This document shows positions 9,812 through 19,216 of a DNA stretch of 64,000 bases, one piece after another. The position numbers were made by a program, and so were the translations under genes. The DNA comes from Nitrospirota bacterium (GTDB lineage Bacteria > Nitrospirota > Thermodesulfovibrionia > Thermodesulfovibrionales > BMS3Bbin05), in NCBI GenBank assembly GCA_020351835.1, contig CP070669.1, forward strand, positions 1,872,673-1,936,672, read 5' to 3'. How positions within the stretch are numbered: the first letter of the stretch is position 1; every line of letters begins with the position of its first letter. Under the pieces are notes generated by a model. It did not search any database and was not told where the DNA came from. It worked only from the letters and a program-made list of their open reading frames with translations.

Positions 9812-11641
9812 TCACTCAGCAGCATCACCCAGCCCTCTCAGCTTCTTCTCTATTCTCTCCTTGAGCCCCTCTTCTTTCTCATGGTGTTCAAGTGCTCTTC
9901 CCCATGCCTCACGAGCGGCCGATATATTGCTCATAGCCTTGTGAATATCCCCAAGGTGCTCAAGCATAACAGGGTCATCTTTGACCATTCCGACCGAGCG
10001 TTCAAGTTGCTCAAGAGCCTCTTCGAGCCTCCCGAGCCTGAAATATACCCACCCAAGGCTGTCTATAATGTATGCACTGTCAGGTTTTAATGAAAGGGCT
10101 TCACGGATGAGTGATAGCGCCTCATCCAGGTTAACACCTCTGTCAGCATAACTATATCCAAGATAGTTAAGAGCGTCTGCATGATCAGGCTTTATCCTTA
10201 TTACCTCTCTGAGGTGCGATACCATACTTTCAAAATCTCCGAGCTTTTCATACAGAACAGCACTATTGAAATGAAGGTCGGGATTTTCAGGAAATTTCTC
10301 CAGGCCTTCCTGCGCTGCCTCCAGTCCTTTATCATACTCTTTGTTATAGTAGTACCCCATAGCAAGCAAAGAATAGATGTCCGGTATGTCGCTCTTTCTC
10401 TCAAGGATCTCTTTATATATTTCCACTGCCTTTTTGTGGTCATTGCGGTCGGAATGAATATACCCCTTATGCAGATACGCATTAATGTTCTCCGGGTCCC
10501 TGGATATTATCTCATCGAACTGGGCCAGGGCCTCATCATACCTTTTAAGGTTCTCAAGGCCAAGTGCATAAAAATATCGTGCTTCGCTATCATTAGCGTT
10601 CTTGTCTATAACCTTAGAGAACTGTTCTACCGCCAGGTCGTATCTCTCTGTCTCAAAATGCAGCAGACCGAGCTTCCTCGAGACAATCACGTTGGAAGGG
10701 TTTCTTTTCTCAAGCACTTTTAACTGTTCCAGGGCGTCGTCCAGCCTTTCTGTCCTAAGATACAGACCTATAAGCCTGTCAAGAGTCCCCGAGTTATGTG
10801 GATTCGCATCAAGTGCTTTCAGGTAATATAATATTGCCGCATCCTCATCGCCATCTAGCTCATTTATAACTCCCAGATTATGAAGAACCGCATCGAAATC
10901 AGGCCTTATTTCAACAGCTTTCATAAAGTATTCACGGGACCGCTTCAGGTCTCTTTCCTGGAACGCCATGGAACCCAGATGATACAGCGCTATGACATTC
11001 TCCGGTTCCAGCTCTACCAGTTTCTTCAATGCTCTGGAGGCCTTTTTAAACTCTCCCTTTCTCTCATGAATGGTCCCGAGCTGTAAGTATGCTTCAGCAC
11101 TGTCCGGGTATACCTTAACGACCCTTTCGTACATATCTACAGCTTCGTCGATCCTTCCCTGATGCGCATAAATAGCGCCCAGCAGCATCATTGTCTCTTT
11201 TTCATCACCATACTTCTCATGGTCCTCCTCCGCCATCAGCAGGGCCTCATCGATCTTTTTTAACCTTAGCAGAACCTCAATGGTATGCTGCCTAAGCAGT
11301 TTAGAGTCCGGATCATACTTCAGGGCCTCCTGGTAGCTTGAAAGAGCATCATTTAACCTGAGGTCAAGCTCAGCGTTATATCCAAGGAGGTAGTAATAGT
11401 AAGCTTCCTGAGGTACGTCCCTTGGCGCAGCCGCTTCTTCAGGCTGAATAACCGGTGGGCTCGTTTGCTTCGGCTGACATGCAAATAGGACCGACAGGAC
11501 TCCAGCCAGGATCAATACAGACGACGCTGACCATACGTTCGAGAGCCCGGGGAGCACCCCTCTTAATGCAGTTAGTTTATATCTATTTTTCATTTTTTTA
11601 TTATGACACACGTATTTTGAGGCGGTCAATTGAACTGCCAT
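9812..11641 (-). CDS. Tetratricopeptide-repeat protein, probable lipoprotein
   Basis: 609-aa ORF made of more than 12 TPR units (repeated A-x-x-x-Y-x-x-A-L-x-x-x-P patterns). N-terminal hydrophobic segment ends in lipobox-like LFAC. The true start may be the internal MKNRYKL at 11593. Confidence 0.75.
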   Translation of the reverse strand: MAVQLTASKYVCHNKKMKNRYKLTALRGVLPGLSNVWSASSVLILAGVLSVLFACQPKQTSPPVIQPEEAAAPRDVPQEAYYYYLLGYNAELDLRLNDALSSYQEALKYDPDSKLLRQHTIEVLLRLKKIDEALLMAEEDHEKYGDEKETMMLLGAIYAHQGRIDEAVDMYERVVKVYPDSAEAYLQLGTIHERKGEFKKASRALKKLVELEPENVIALYHLGSMAFQERDLKRSREYFMKAVEIRPDFDAVLHNLGVINELDGDEDAAILYYLKALDANPHNSGTLDRLIGLYLRTERLDDALEQLKVLEKRNPSNVIVSRKLGLLHFETERYDLAVEQFSKVIDKNANDSEARYFYALGLENLKRYDEALAQFDEIISRDPENINAYLHKGYIHSDRNDHKKAVEIYKEILERKSDIPDIYSLLAMGYYYNKEYDKGLEAAQEGLEKFPENPDLHFNSAVLYEKLGDFESMVSHLREVIRIKPDHADALNYLGYSYADRGVNLDEALSLIREALSLKPDSAYIIDSLGWVYFRLGRLEEALEQLERSVGMVKDDPVMLEHLGDIHKAMSNISAAREAWGRALEHHEKEEGLKERIEKKLRGLGDAAE

Positions 11642-11668
11642 ATCACACGCTAAGCCTGCAAAAGGTCT

Positions 11669-12814
11669 TCATTTCAGTATATAAGAGCACCTGTAAAGGT
11701 CCTTTGCAAGCGGATTGCCGTTTGTCGAGGCCCTGAAACGGCATCCGCCCCTGCATTCATCCAGGGCATCACAATCACACTCAAGTTCTGATAGCCTCCT
11801 ATGCTCTATCCTTTTCCAGCACCGCTCCAGGCCCTCGGATATATGACCAACCGGTTCATTTGAATAAAAAGCGCACTTTGCAGCCTTACCGTCAGCCATT
11901 ACGCTCATTAAGTGCAGCCCGCATTCATATCCGCTACCACCTCCGTGAAGTCCGTCACCGTAACCGTATCCGAGATATTTACCGGATATATCCGGAGGCG
12001 GCAGAACTCCCAAATTGTTCTTAAGATTTCCTTCCAGGCACGGAATATCCACTGTCCATTCTCTAATGCCCATACCCCGGAATGATGCCTCCATATGATC
12101 GAAGTCCGAGAGATTACCGGCGTGGACCATAGTAGATATCGATACATCGTGACCAGCATCCAGTGCCGCTCTAACTGCCTCCATGGACCTCTTATAGCTT
12201 CCCTTACCTCTCAAAAAATCGTGGGCCTCCTCACAACCGTCAATACTTATCTGGATCTCCTGTACATTGAGGCCTTTAAGAATTGATGTATCAAGGAGCA
12301 TTCCGTTGGTGAACAAGACCTTCCTTAATTCGTATTCAGGAAGAATATCGTTGAGCTCTTCAAAACTACTATGTAGCAGCGGCTCCCCTCCAGTGATAAG
12401 CAGCCTTAGGCCCTGCATCGTCTCCAGTTCCTTCATTATACTTTCTATTGCCCCTACCTCCAGCTCCCTCGCGCCTCTACCTCCTATATAACAATGTCTG
12501 CAATTAAGATTACATCGGTCTGTTATCTGAAGCTCCAGATATCTCAATGACGGAATGATGGCCCTATTTGCAGGCAGCCTGTGGTCTCGACTTTTTTTGT
12601 CCTGCAGTATGCCCTCATCTTTGCAGTATTGGATAAATTCACTATCGTCGGTCATGCCTCCACCATCTGATGCACACTCTGCGAGAAATTCATATCCCTC
12701 GTCATCCAGCTCGTAGAGCTCGTCCTTTTCTATATCATAAAGACATTTCTTCTCCAGCCACTTTAGCGACACATGACCGGTAAGGAAGTATCTTATGTCC
12801 CTTTTTTTTGACAT
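11669..12814 (-). CDS. Radical SAM / SPASM-domain protein with ~90-aa N-terminal extension
   Basis: 381 aa with the CxxxCxxC cluster motif DRCNLNCRHCY and the GGEPLL SAM motif. The C-terminal Cys-rich region (CAFY...CDCDALDECRGGCRFRA) is typical of SPASM/twitch auxiliary clusters. Confidence 0.8.
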   Translation of the reverse strand: MSKKRDIRYFLTGHVSLKWLEKKCLYDIEKDELYELDDEGYEFLAECASDGGGMTDDSEFIQYCKDEGILQDKKSRDHRLPANRAIIPSLRYLELQITDRCNLNCRHCYIGGRGARELEVGAIESIMKELETMQGLRLLITGGEPLLHSSFEELNDILPEYELRKVLFTNGMLLDTSILKGLNVQEIQISIDGCEEAHDFLRGKGSYKRSMEAVRAALDAGHDVSISTMVHAGNLSDFDHMEASFRGMGIREWTVDIPCLEGNLKNNLGVLPPPDISGKYLGYGYGDGLHGGGSGYECGLHLMSVMADGKAAKCAFYSNEPVGHISEGLERCWKRIEHRRLSELECDCDALDECRGGCRFRASTNGNPLAKDLYRCSYILK

Positions 12815-12891
12815 GTTTACTTATCGAAGCTCCTCAAGCATTTATGTTAGGATAACAAAAATTATTTAACTACTGTCCATATTTCATTTAT

Positions 12892-14766
12892 ATGCCAGAA
12901 CATAAATATTCATATGCTGATATTGTCTTTCCCGTCAACCTTGACCGTCTGACATATCGGATCCCCCATCAATTAAACGCTCAATGTCTCACCGGGACAG
13001 TTGTGGAGGCCCCTATACGGGGCAGGAGGAACCTTGGCATACTGATTGAAAGATATGACAGTGTTCCTTCCTGCATGATCAACAAGAAGATATCAGACAT
13101 ATCATCGGTCCGGGAGATGTTCTCTTTGAGCACCTCATCCCTCGACCTGGTCAAGTGGGTTGCGGAGTACTATATGTGTACAGAGGGACTCGCTCTAAAG
13201 AGTCTGATTTTCTCTGATGTCTTTAATCCGCCAAAAAGAAAAAGAAAGATAACTGAGCAAGGCCCATCGAATGTGCCATTCGATGTCCCCGAAACAAATG
13301 ATGACATTGCGGCCATTCTGGGAGCAGCAGGAAAAGGCTACAGGACCATCCTTTACCATGCTAGTTCACTGAGCTCCGAGATATCGCTGATCACCTCCCT
13401 TCTTGAGCTCGATAGCGCAATAGTTATAGTCCCCGAAAAGTATGATCTCTCGTTCTTTCTGCCTTACCTGAAGGCATCTGAGCGAAATGATCATTGCGTT
13501 ATCCACGGCGGTATGAGCAGGTCAGCACTTGCTGATGCGTATGATGGTATGAGTTCAGGAAGATACAGGATAGTTCTTGGAACAATGCAGGCCGTTAGTG
13601 CCCCGATAAAGGATCCTCAGATAATAATAGTATTCAAGGAGCACAGCTCATTCTATAAACACGAAGAAACCCCGTCGTACAACGCAAGGGATGTGGCGGT
13701 AAAGCGAGGCACCTTCGAAGATACGACTGTACTCCTAACGTCAATGACACCCAGCTTTGAATCCTTTTATAACTCAGATAAAGGCAAGTATGAGCTTATT
13801 TCAGGTTCATCACAGAAGTTCAGGCCTGAGACAAGGATAATAAATGCCGCCGGTTCAAAGACCATATTGACATCACCTCTTGAAAATGACATTTTAGATA
13901 CGCTCGACCGGAGAGGCTCTACACTTCTGATACTGAACAGGAAAGGCCACTCAATTTTACAGTGCAATGAATGCGGACATATAGAGACTTGCCCAAGATG
14001 CGATATACCTTACGTTTATCATTCGTCTCTTGAACTGAAATGCCACTATTGCGGCGGGTCAATAACTGCTGATGGAAATTGCGGCAACTGCAATGGAACA
14101 AACATAAAAAGCATCGGCAGCGGGACAGAAATGGTAGCAGAACTACTGGAAGATAGAACCGGCATATCACCTGTGTTGATAGACAGTGATCATAAGGGCG
14201 GAGTCCCTGATGAAAGCATTGATGGAAAGATAGTTCTGGGCACCGACCTGGCACTAAGGGTAATAGGGCCCGAATATAATTTCGACATTATAGCGATGCT
14301 TAATGCTGATATTGCTTCACTGGTCCCGGACTTCAGATCGTACGAAAAACTTTTCCAGCGTATTACGTATCTGTCTCAAAGGGCAAAAAAAGGATCACGG
14401 TTATATGTCCAGACCTACAACTGGAGGGACCCTTTCTTCAAGTTCGTTAAGGAGCATGACTATAATGGCTTATATGCAAAGGAACTGCCAAAAAGGATCG
14501 ATTTCAATTATCCACCAGCGTGTAAACTGGCCATTTTAAGCATTAATAAGGCTTCATTCAAAAATGGAAGATCATTGACCAGAGCAGGTAAAGGCATTGA
14601 GATATTGGGACCTATCGAAAAGAGAGTTGGAAGAAAGGATATCATTGAGATATTGATCAAGTATGATGCGGGAATAACTATCCAGAAATATATAAGCTCG
14701 ATAAGGGAACATATATCCAGTAACAAGAAGGACCTAAAGATCGATATTGATCCCCTTATGCTTTGA
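12892..14766 (+). CDS. priA: Primosomal protein N' (PriA) homologue with degenerate helicase motifs
   Basis: 624 aa with a PriA-type N-terminal DNA-binding region (YADIVFPVNLDRLTYRIP...GTVVEAPIRGRR), the Cys-rich Zn region CNECGHIETCPRCDIPYVYH...CHYCGG...CGNCNG, and a C-terminal domain. Sits upstream of def and fmt. See finding for the motif losses. Confidence 0.8.
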   Translation: MPEHKYSYADIVFPVNLDRLTYRIPHQLNAQCLTGTVVEAPIRGRRNLGILIERYDSVPSCMINKKISDISSVREMFSLSTSSLDLVKWVAEYYMCTEGLALKSLIFSDVFNPPKRKRKITEQGPSNVPFDVPETNDDIAAILGAAGKGYRTILYHASSLSSEISLITSLLELDSAIVIVPEKYDLSFFLPYLKASERNDHCVIHGGMSRSALADAYDGMSSGRYRIVLGTMQAVSAPIKDPQIIIVFKEHSSFYKHEETPSYNARDVAVKRGTFEDTTVLLTSMTPSFESFYNSDKGKYELISGSSQKFRPETRIINAAGSKTILTSPLENDILDTLDRRGSTLLILNRKGHSILQCNECGHIETCPRCDIPYVYHSSLELKCHYCGGSITADGNCGNCNGTNIKSIGSGTEMVAELLEDRTGISPVLIDSDHKGGVPDESIDGKIVLGTDLALRVIGPEYNFDIIAMLNADIASLVPDFRSYEKLFQRITYLSQRAKKGSRLYVQTYNWRDPFFKFVKEHDYNGLYAKELPKRIDFNYPPACKLAILSINKASFKNGRSLTRAGKGIEILGPIEKRVGRKDIIEILIKYDAGITIQKYISSIREHISSNKKDLKIDIDPLML

Positions 14767-15684
14767 TAAAATGAACTGAGCGGTCTCGATGTCCTTTTCT
14801 ATTTGAACCTTGAGCTGAGCAGGGTCCTTAAATGCCCTTTCATCCCTTAACCTGTCTATGAAGAACATCTTAAGCTTCTTACCGTAAAGATCACCACAGT
14901 ATGAGAACAGATGGGTCTCGTAGCTGATCTCGTTCTTTCCAAATGTGGGATTTATTCCTATGTTAGCGACACCATCATATATCTTCTTCCCTATCTGCAC
15001 CTTCACTACATAAACGCCATCTTTAGGAACAAGCTCGTTTGGAGTCGAAAGGTTAGCAGTAGGGGTATCAAGTATCTTTGCTCCTCTCCCCGCGCCTGAG
15101 ATGACATCCCCTTCTATATGATAAGACCTGCCAAGAAGGGTCGATGCTTCACATACCCTGCCGCGCAATAAAAGGCTCCTTATCCTGCTACTGCTTACCA
15201 CACTATTGTATCTTCTAGCATTACGAATAATATTGACCTTGAACCCGTATTTTCTGCCCCTTCGCCTTAAAAGCTCCGTAGTCCCTCTTTTACCCTTTCC
15301 GAACTTATAATTGTGACCTACTATGATATGGCTGGCACCCAGCTTTTCAATAAGGACATCCCTTATAAAATCATCAGCCCTTAGACTGGCGAACTCTTTG
15401 TTAAAATCGATAAGCAGTAAGACATCCATCCCGGCTCTTTCTATTAAACGTGTCTTTTCCTTAAGTGGTGTTAACATCTTGACACCCTTCTCAGGGGCCA
15501 TGATCCTTATAGGATGGGGATCAAAAGTTATCGCTATAGCGGTGCCCTTTGCTTCTTTGGCTCTGCTAAGAACATTGCTGAATATCTTTTGATGTCCAAT
15601 ATGAACACCGTCAAAGTTACCTATCGTAACTACAGGGTGCGGGAACTTCTTCTTTATGTTCTCAATTCCTCTTATTACCTTCAC
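14734..15684 (-). CDS. ribF: Bifunctional riboflavin kinase / FMN adenylyltransferase
   Basis: 316 aa. VVTIGNFDGVHIGHQKI nucleotidyltransferase motif and a C-terminal riboflavin kinase domain (PTANL...GVY..., E-THL). The 3' end overlaps the convergent priA by 33 nt. Confidence 0.95.
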   Translation of the reverse strand: MKVIRGIENIKKKFPHPVVTIGNFDGVHIGHQKIFSNVLSRAKEAKGTAIAITFDPHPIRIMAPEKGVKMLTPLKEKTRLIERAGMDVLLLIDFNKEFASLRADDFIRDVLIEKLGASHIIVGHNYKFGKGKRGTTELLRRRGRKYGFKVNIIRNARRYNSVVSSSRIRSLLLRGRVCEASTLLGRSYHIEGDVISGAGRGAKILDTPTANLSTPNELVPKDGVYVVKVQIGKKIYDGVANIGINPTFGKNEISYETHLFSYCGDLYGKKLKMFFIDRLRDERAFKDPAQLKVQIEKDIETAQFILSKHKGINIDL

Positions 15685-15758
15685 ATCTGGTTCCTTCCTG
15701 CATGAGATGTATGACGTTAATCGTTTAATTATAAGTTATTTTAGTGCTATAATTAAAT

Positions 15759-16262
15759 ATGTCGGTTTGTAAGATATATACTTATCCAGATGAGATACTT
15801 AGAGGAAATGCCGCAAATATAGAAGAAATAAACGGCGATACCCAGGTTCTTATCGATAATATGGTCGAGACCATGTATGCTGCCCCTGGGATCGGACTGG
15901 CTGCACCTCAAATAGGGGACCACAGGCGAGTCATAGTGCTGGATGTATCTAATATTGAGGAGCACAGGCCTTTAATAACTATCATAAATCCTGTGATAGT
16001 AGAGGCCCAGGGAACTGTTGAATCGGAGGAGGGCTGCTTAAGCGTTCCTGGATATATCTCTTCGATCAGAAGACATGAGAAAGTACTGGTAAAAGGGGTC
16101 GACAGGGATGGAAAGGAGATATTTGTTGAGGCCGACGGATTGCTCTCAAGGGCCCTGCAACATGAGATCGACCATTTGGACGGAGTTCTCTTTGTGGACA
16201 AGATGAGCAAGATAAAGAGGGAGTTCTTCAAAAAACGATATTTAAGGTCAATAAAAGCCTGA
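15759..16262 (+). CDS. def: Peptide deformylase
   Basis: 167 aa with all three PDF motifs: GIGLAAPQIG, EGCLSVPG, HEIDHLDG. Confidence 0.95.
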   Translation: MSVCKIYTYPDEILRGNAANIEEINGDTQVLIDNMVETMYAAPGIGLAAPQIGDHRRVIVLDVSNIEEHRPLITIINPVIVEAQGTVESEEGCLSVPGYISSIRRHEKVLVKGVDRDGKEIFVEADGLLSRALQHEIDHLDGVLFVDKMSKIKREFFKKRYLRSIKA

Positions 16263-16271
16263 AGCACACCA

Positions 16272-17192
16272 ATGTCTATCATTTTTTTTGGAACACCAGA
16301 CTTCTCTGTGCCTACCTTAAACGCTCTTATTAACAACAAGGAAGATATCAGCCTGGTTGTCACACAACCGGATAAGAGGTCCGGACGTGGAAAAGGGGTG
16401 TCCAGCCCGCCTGTCAAGGCTGTTGCCGTGGCAAATGGTATAGATACGATACAACCACCGTCCCTTTCTGATGCTCAGCTTGTAGATTCTCTTAAGGACA
16501 GAAGGCCTGAGTTCATCGTGACAGTGGCTTATGGTAAGATCCTGCCCGAGACAGTGCTTGCCATACCGGACAAAGGATGCCTGAACGTTCACGCTTCGCT
16601 GCTTCCGGAATACAGGGGTGCTGCACCGATACAGTGGTCTATACTGAACGGTGAAATAAAGACCGGGGTCACCACAATGATGATGGATACAGGAATGGAT
16701 ACAGGAGATATCTTGCTTCAGTCTGGTATAGATATCTCTGAGAATGATACGTACTTAACTTTAGCAGAAAAGCTGTCCTCGCTTGGCGCGGATCTGCTCA
16801 TAAGTACTCTGAAAGGGATAAGGAAGGGGGATATCGTCCCGCGCCCTCAAACTGGAACCCCTACCTATGCTCCAATGATCCGGAAGGAAGACGGGAGGGT
16901 CGACTGGCACAAAAGTGCTGCCATTATCAATAACCTTATACGTGGCATGTTCCCTTGGCCGTGCGCTTTCACTTTTTTAAAAGATAAATATATTAAGATA
17001 CATAAGGCGGCTGTTCAGCCCGGGCAAGAAGAACCGGGCAGGATGGTACTCTCGAACGGGGAAAGATTGCTTGTGGGCACATCGGAAGGCTTACTTGCTC
17101 TCGAGGTCATTCAGCCTGAAGGCAAAAAACCCATGGACGCAAGGGCCTTTATTAACGGATACAGGATCAAGGACGGTGAAAGACTTGGCTAG
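16272..17192 (+). CDS. fmt: Methionyl-tRNA formyltransferase
   Basis: 306 aa. IIFFGTPDFSVP, HASLLPEYRGAAPIQW, and def-fmt synteny. Confidence 0.95.
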   Translation: MSIIFFGTPDFSVPTLNALINNKEDISLVVTQPDKRSGRGKGVSSPPVKAVAVANGIDTIQPPSLSDAQLVDSLKDRRPEFIVTVAYGKILPETVLAIPDKGCLNVHASLLPEYRGAAPIQWSILNGEIKTGVTTMMMDTGMDTGDILLQSGIDISENDTYLTLAEKLSSLGADLLISTLKGIRKGDIVPRPQTGTPTYAPMIRKEDGRVDWHKSAAIINNLIRGMFPWPCAFTFLKDKYIKIHKAAVQPGQEEPGRMVLSNGERLLVGTSEGLLALEVIQPEGKKPMDARAFINGYRIKDGERLG

Positions 17193-17241
17193 GGGATCGG
17201 TCTCAAGGGCATTATTACTTAAAGCTTATTATCCTCTTTTA

Positions 17242-17736
17242 ATGATGCTTGGATCTGTTTCCAAGGCCAGGAAGGAGCGCTTTCAAAGCCATGTTATCGG
17301 CCTCAACAATAAGCTTGTAGAGAAAGCGAACTTAAAGACAAAACGTATCCTTTTATTACTGCCGCATTGCCTGCAGATGGATGAGTGCAAGATCAGGCTT
17401 ACGCATAATATATATAACTGCAAAAGGTGCGGTAAATGCGAGATCAAGGACCTGATAACTATCGCAGAAGAGCATGATCTTGATCTTTTTGTTGCAACCG
17501 GAGGCACGCTTGCAAGGAGGACCGTAACCGATCTGAGACCGGATGCCATTGTAGCCGTTGCTTGTGAAAGAGATCTGAGTAGTGGTATAGCAGATGCTTA
17601 CCCGGTCCCTGCAATAGGCATTCCCAATATGAGACCTTTCGGTCCGTGCATAAACACAAAGGTAGACCTGGACAAGGTAAGAGAAGCAATTAGGTCTCTA
17701 AGTACGTCATCTGCCGGAACGCGTCCTGCAAAATAG
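17242..17736 (+). CDS. DUF116-family protein
   Basis: LLLLPHCLQ...CKRCGKCEIKD...FVATGGTLARR...AVACERDL matches the conserved DUF116 core as I remember it. Start is uncertain: ATG 17242 is chosen, TTG 17185 is possible. The ORF-track start 17071 lies inside fmt. Confidence 0.6.
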   Translation: MMLGSVSKARKERFQSHVIGLNNKLVEKANLKTKRILLLLPHCLQMDECKIRLTHNIYNCKRCGKCEIKDLITIAEEHDLDLFVATGGTLARRTVTDLRPDAIVAVACERDLSSGIADAYPVPAIGIPNMRPFGPCINTKVDLDKVREAIRSLSTSSAGTRPAK

Positions 17737-17743
17737 GTTTCTG

Positions 17744-18292
17744 TCAGTTGCAGATCTGTGCCAGATAAGGGACCACATTATGGCGATCTACCCTCGGTTC
17801 CTCAAGCGTAGCGAACTCAAAGTCCATCAGCCCTACCTCTACTTTTCCTCCATCGCGTGTAAAAGAGAAGATATAGTTCCTCTCCAGGTCCGAATCGGAA
17901 TAATATCCTTTGGTCTTCCTGGCGAATAGTTTCTTTGCTTTGCTTAACAAAGACTTCATATCTCCTGACCTTGCTATAACAACGAACTCATGTGTACCCA
18001 CTGCGCCAACAAAAGCACCCTTAAACTCCGATGCGGTCGTCTTTAGTATTGCTGCACTCCACTGGATTATCTCTGCATGATAAGAGTCACCATACTTAAG
18101 GATGAAAGGATGAATGTTCGCGATCTTAACATATGATATGGAATATTTATCCAGCTTTTGGTAGACATCTGTGATCTTCTGAAGTACAGCGGCCCTGTCC
18201 GGAAGGCCGGTAAGGTAGTCCGGCCAGTTGTAAGGATTGTCCTGCAACTTATGCAGCTTTACAATATACTCTTTCGCCTCTTTAAGCCCCAT
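17744..18292 (-). CDS. Stand-alone degenerate GGDEF-like domain protein
   Basis: 182 aa. YLTGLPDRAAV matches the start of GGDEF domains, but the signature position reads GAVGTHEFVVIA (GTHEF instead of GG[D/E]EF). Confidence 0.55.
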   Translation of the reverse strand: MGLKEAKEYIVKLHKLQDNPYNWPDYLTGLPDRAAVLQKITDVYQKLDKYSISYVKIANIHPFILKYGDSYHAEIIQWSAAILKTTASEFKGAFVGAVGTHEFVVIARSGDMKSLLSKAKKLFARKTKGYYSDSDLERNYIFSFTRDGGKVEVGLMDFEFATLEEPRVDRHNVVPYLAQICN

Positions 18293-18391
18293 TTGTCTCC
18301 CCCTGCCTCTTGTTTTTTTGTTGTTGTATTAAAAAAATTTACCACTAGAAATTATAGATTGTCAACTTGAAGTTACAATTTATAAAAGACC

Positions 18392-19207
18392 TTACTCAAG
18401 GCTCATATCATATAATTTCTTCTTGCTAATTCCGTAGTCTTTTGCAACCATGCCTACAGCTTCTTTCCTGCCTTTACCTGTTCTCATCAGTTCTCTTATC
18501 TCATCAAGTGCTTCATCAAAAGAGATCTCCTTCTTTTCTGCGCCCTTCATCACGATAACATACTCACCGGCTATCTTGGAGCTTCTCACATCCATCAGAA
18601 CATCCTCTGCCTTTCCCCTGAACACAGATTCATTCATCTTGGTAAGTTCATGACATAGTGCGATATCCCTGGAAGGCATCGAGCCTGCAAGGTCCTCCAG
18701 GCTCTCTACCAATCTGTGCGGGGATTCATAAAGTATAATTGTCCTTCTTTCACTCGCGAGGGACTCGTAGAACCTCTTTCGTTCTTGCTTCTTGGGTGGG
18801 GCAAAACCTGCAAAGACAAAACTCGCGGTAGGTATCCCGGATATCGTTAATGCTGATATCAAAGCAGACGGACCGGGCACAGGTATAACCTCTATCCGCC
18901 TTTCGATAGCGCTCCTTATCAATATCTCACCCGGATCTGATATACCGGGTGTGCCGGCATCCGAAATAAGCGCCACATCCTTACCCCGGTCCAGCAGATC
19001 CAGGATCTTCTCAGACCTGGCCTTTTCCCTTCCGCTCCAGTAACTGACCAGTTCTTTACTTATGTTATAATGGCTGAGCAACTTTCTTGAGTGTCTTGTG
19101 TCCTCCGCAGCAATAACATCCACATCCCCCAGGACCTTCAAAGCCCTGAGAGTAATGTCCTCAAGGTTACCTATAGGTGTTGATACTATATACAGAAGAC
19201 CTGCCAT
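18392..19207 (-). CDS. rsmI: 16S rRNA (cytidine1402-2'-O)-methyltransferase
   Basis: 271 aa. LYIVSTPIGNLEDITLRALKVL...IAAEDTRHSRKLL is the canonical RsmI N-terminus. Confidence 0.9.
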   Translation of the reverse strand: MAGLLYIVSTPIGNLEDITLRALKVLGDVDVIAAEDTRHSRKLLSHYNISKELVSYWSGREKARSEKILDLLDRGKDVALISDAGTPGISDPGEILIRSAIERRIEVIPVPGPSALISALTISGIPTASFVFAGFAPPKKQERKRFYESLASERRTIILYESPHRLVESLEDLAGSMPSRDIALCHELTKMNESVFRGKAEDVLMDVRSSKIAGEYVIVMKGAEKKEISFDEALDEIRELMRTGKGRKEAVGMVAKDYGISKKKLYDMSLE

Positions 19208-19216
19208 AATAACGGA

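Noticed and set aside
14734-14766. 33-nt convergent overlap of the priA and ribF 3' ends
   Set aside because: The overlap is real in the sequence, but short tail-to-tail overlaps are common in compact genomes. Nothing suggests a special function, and there is no terminator structure to interpret.
17071-17241. Long 5' extension of the DUF116 ORF overlapping the last 120 nt of fmt
   Set aside because: The extension has no homology-like content and lies inside a well-supported gene. A start at 17242, or TTG 17185, fits better.
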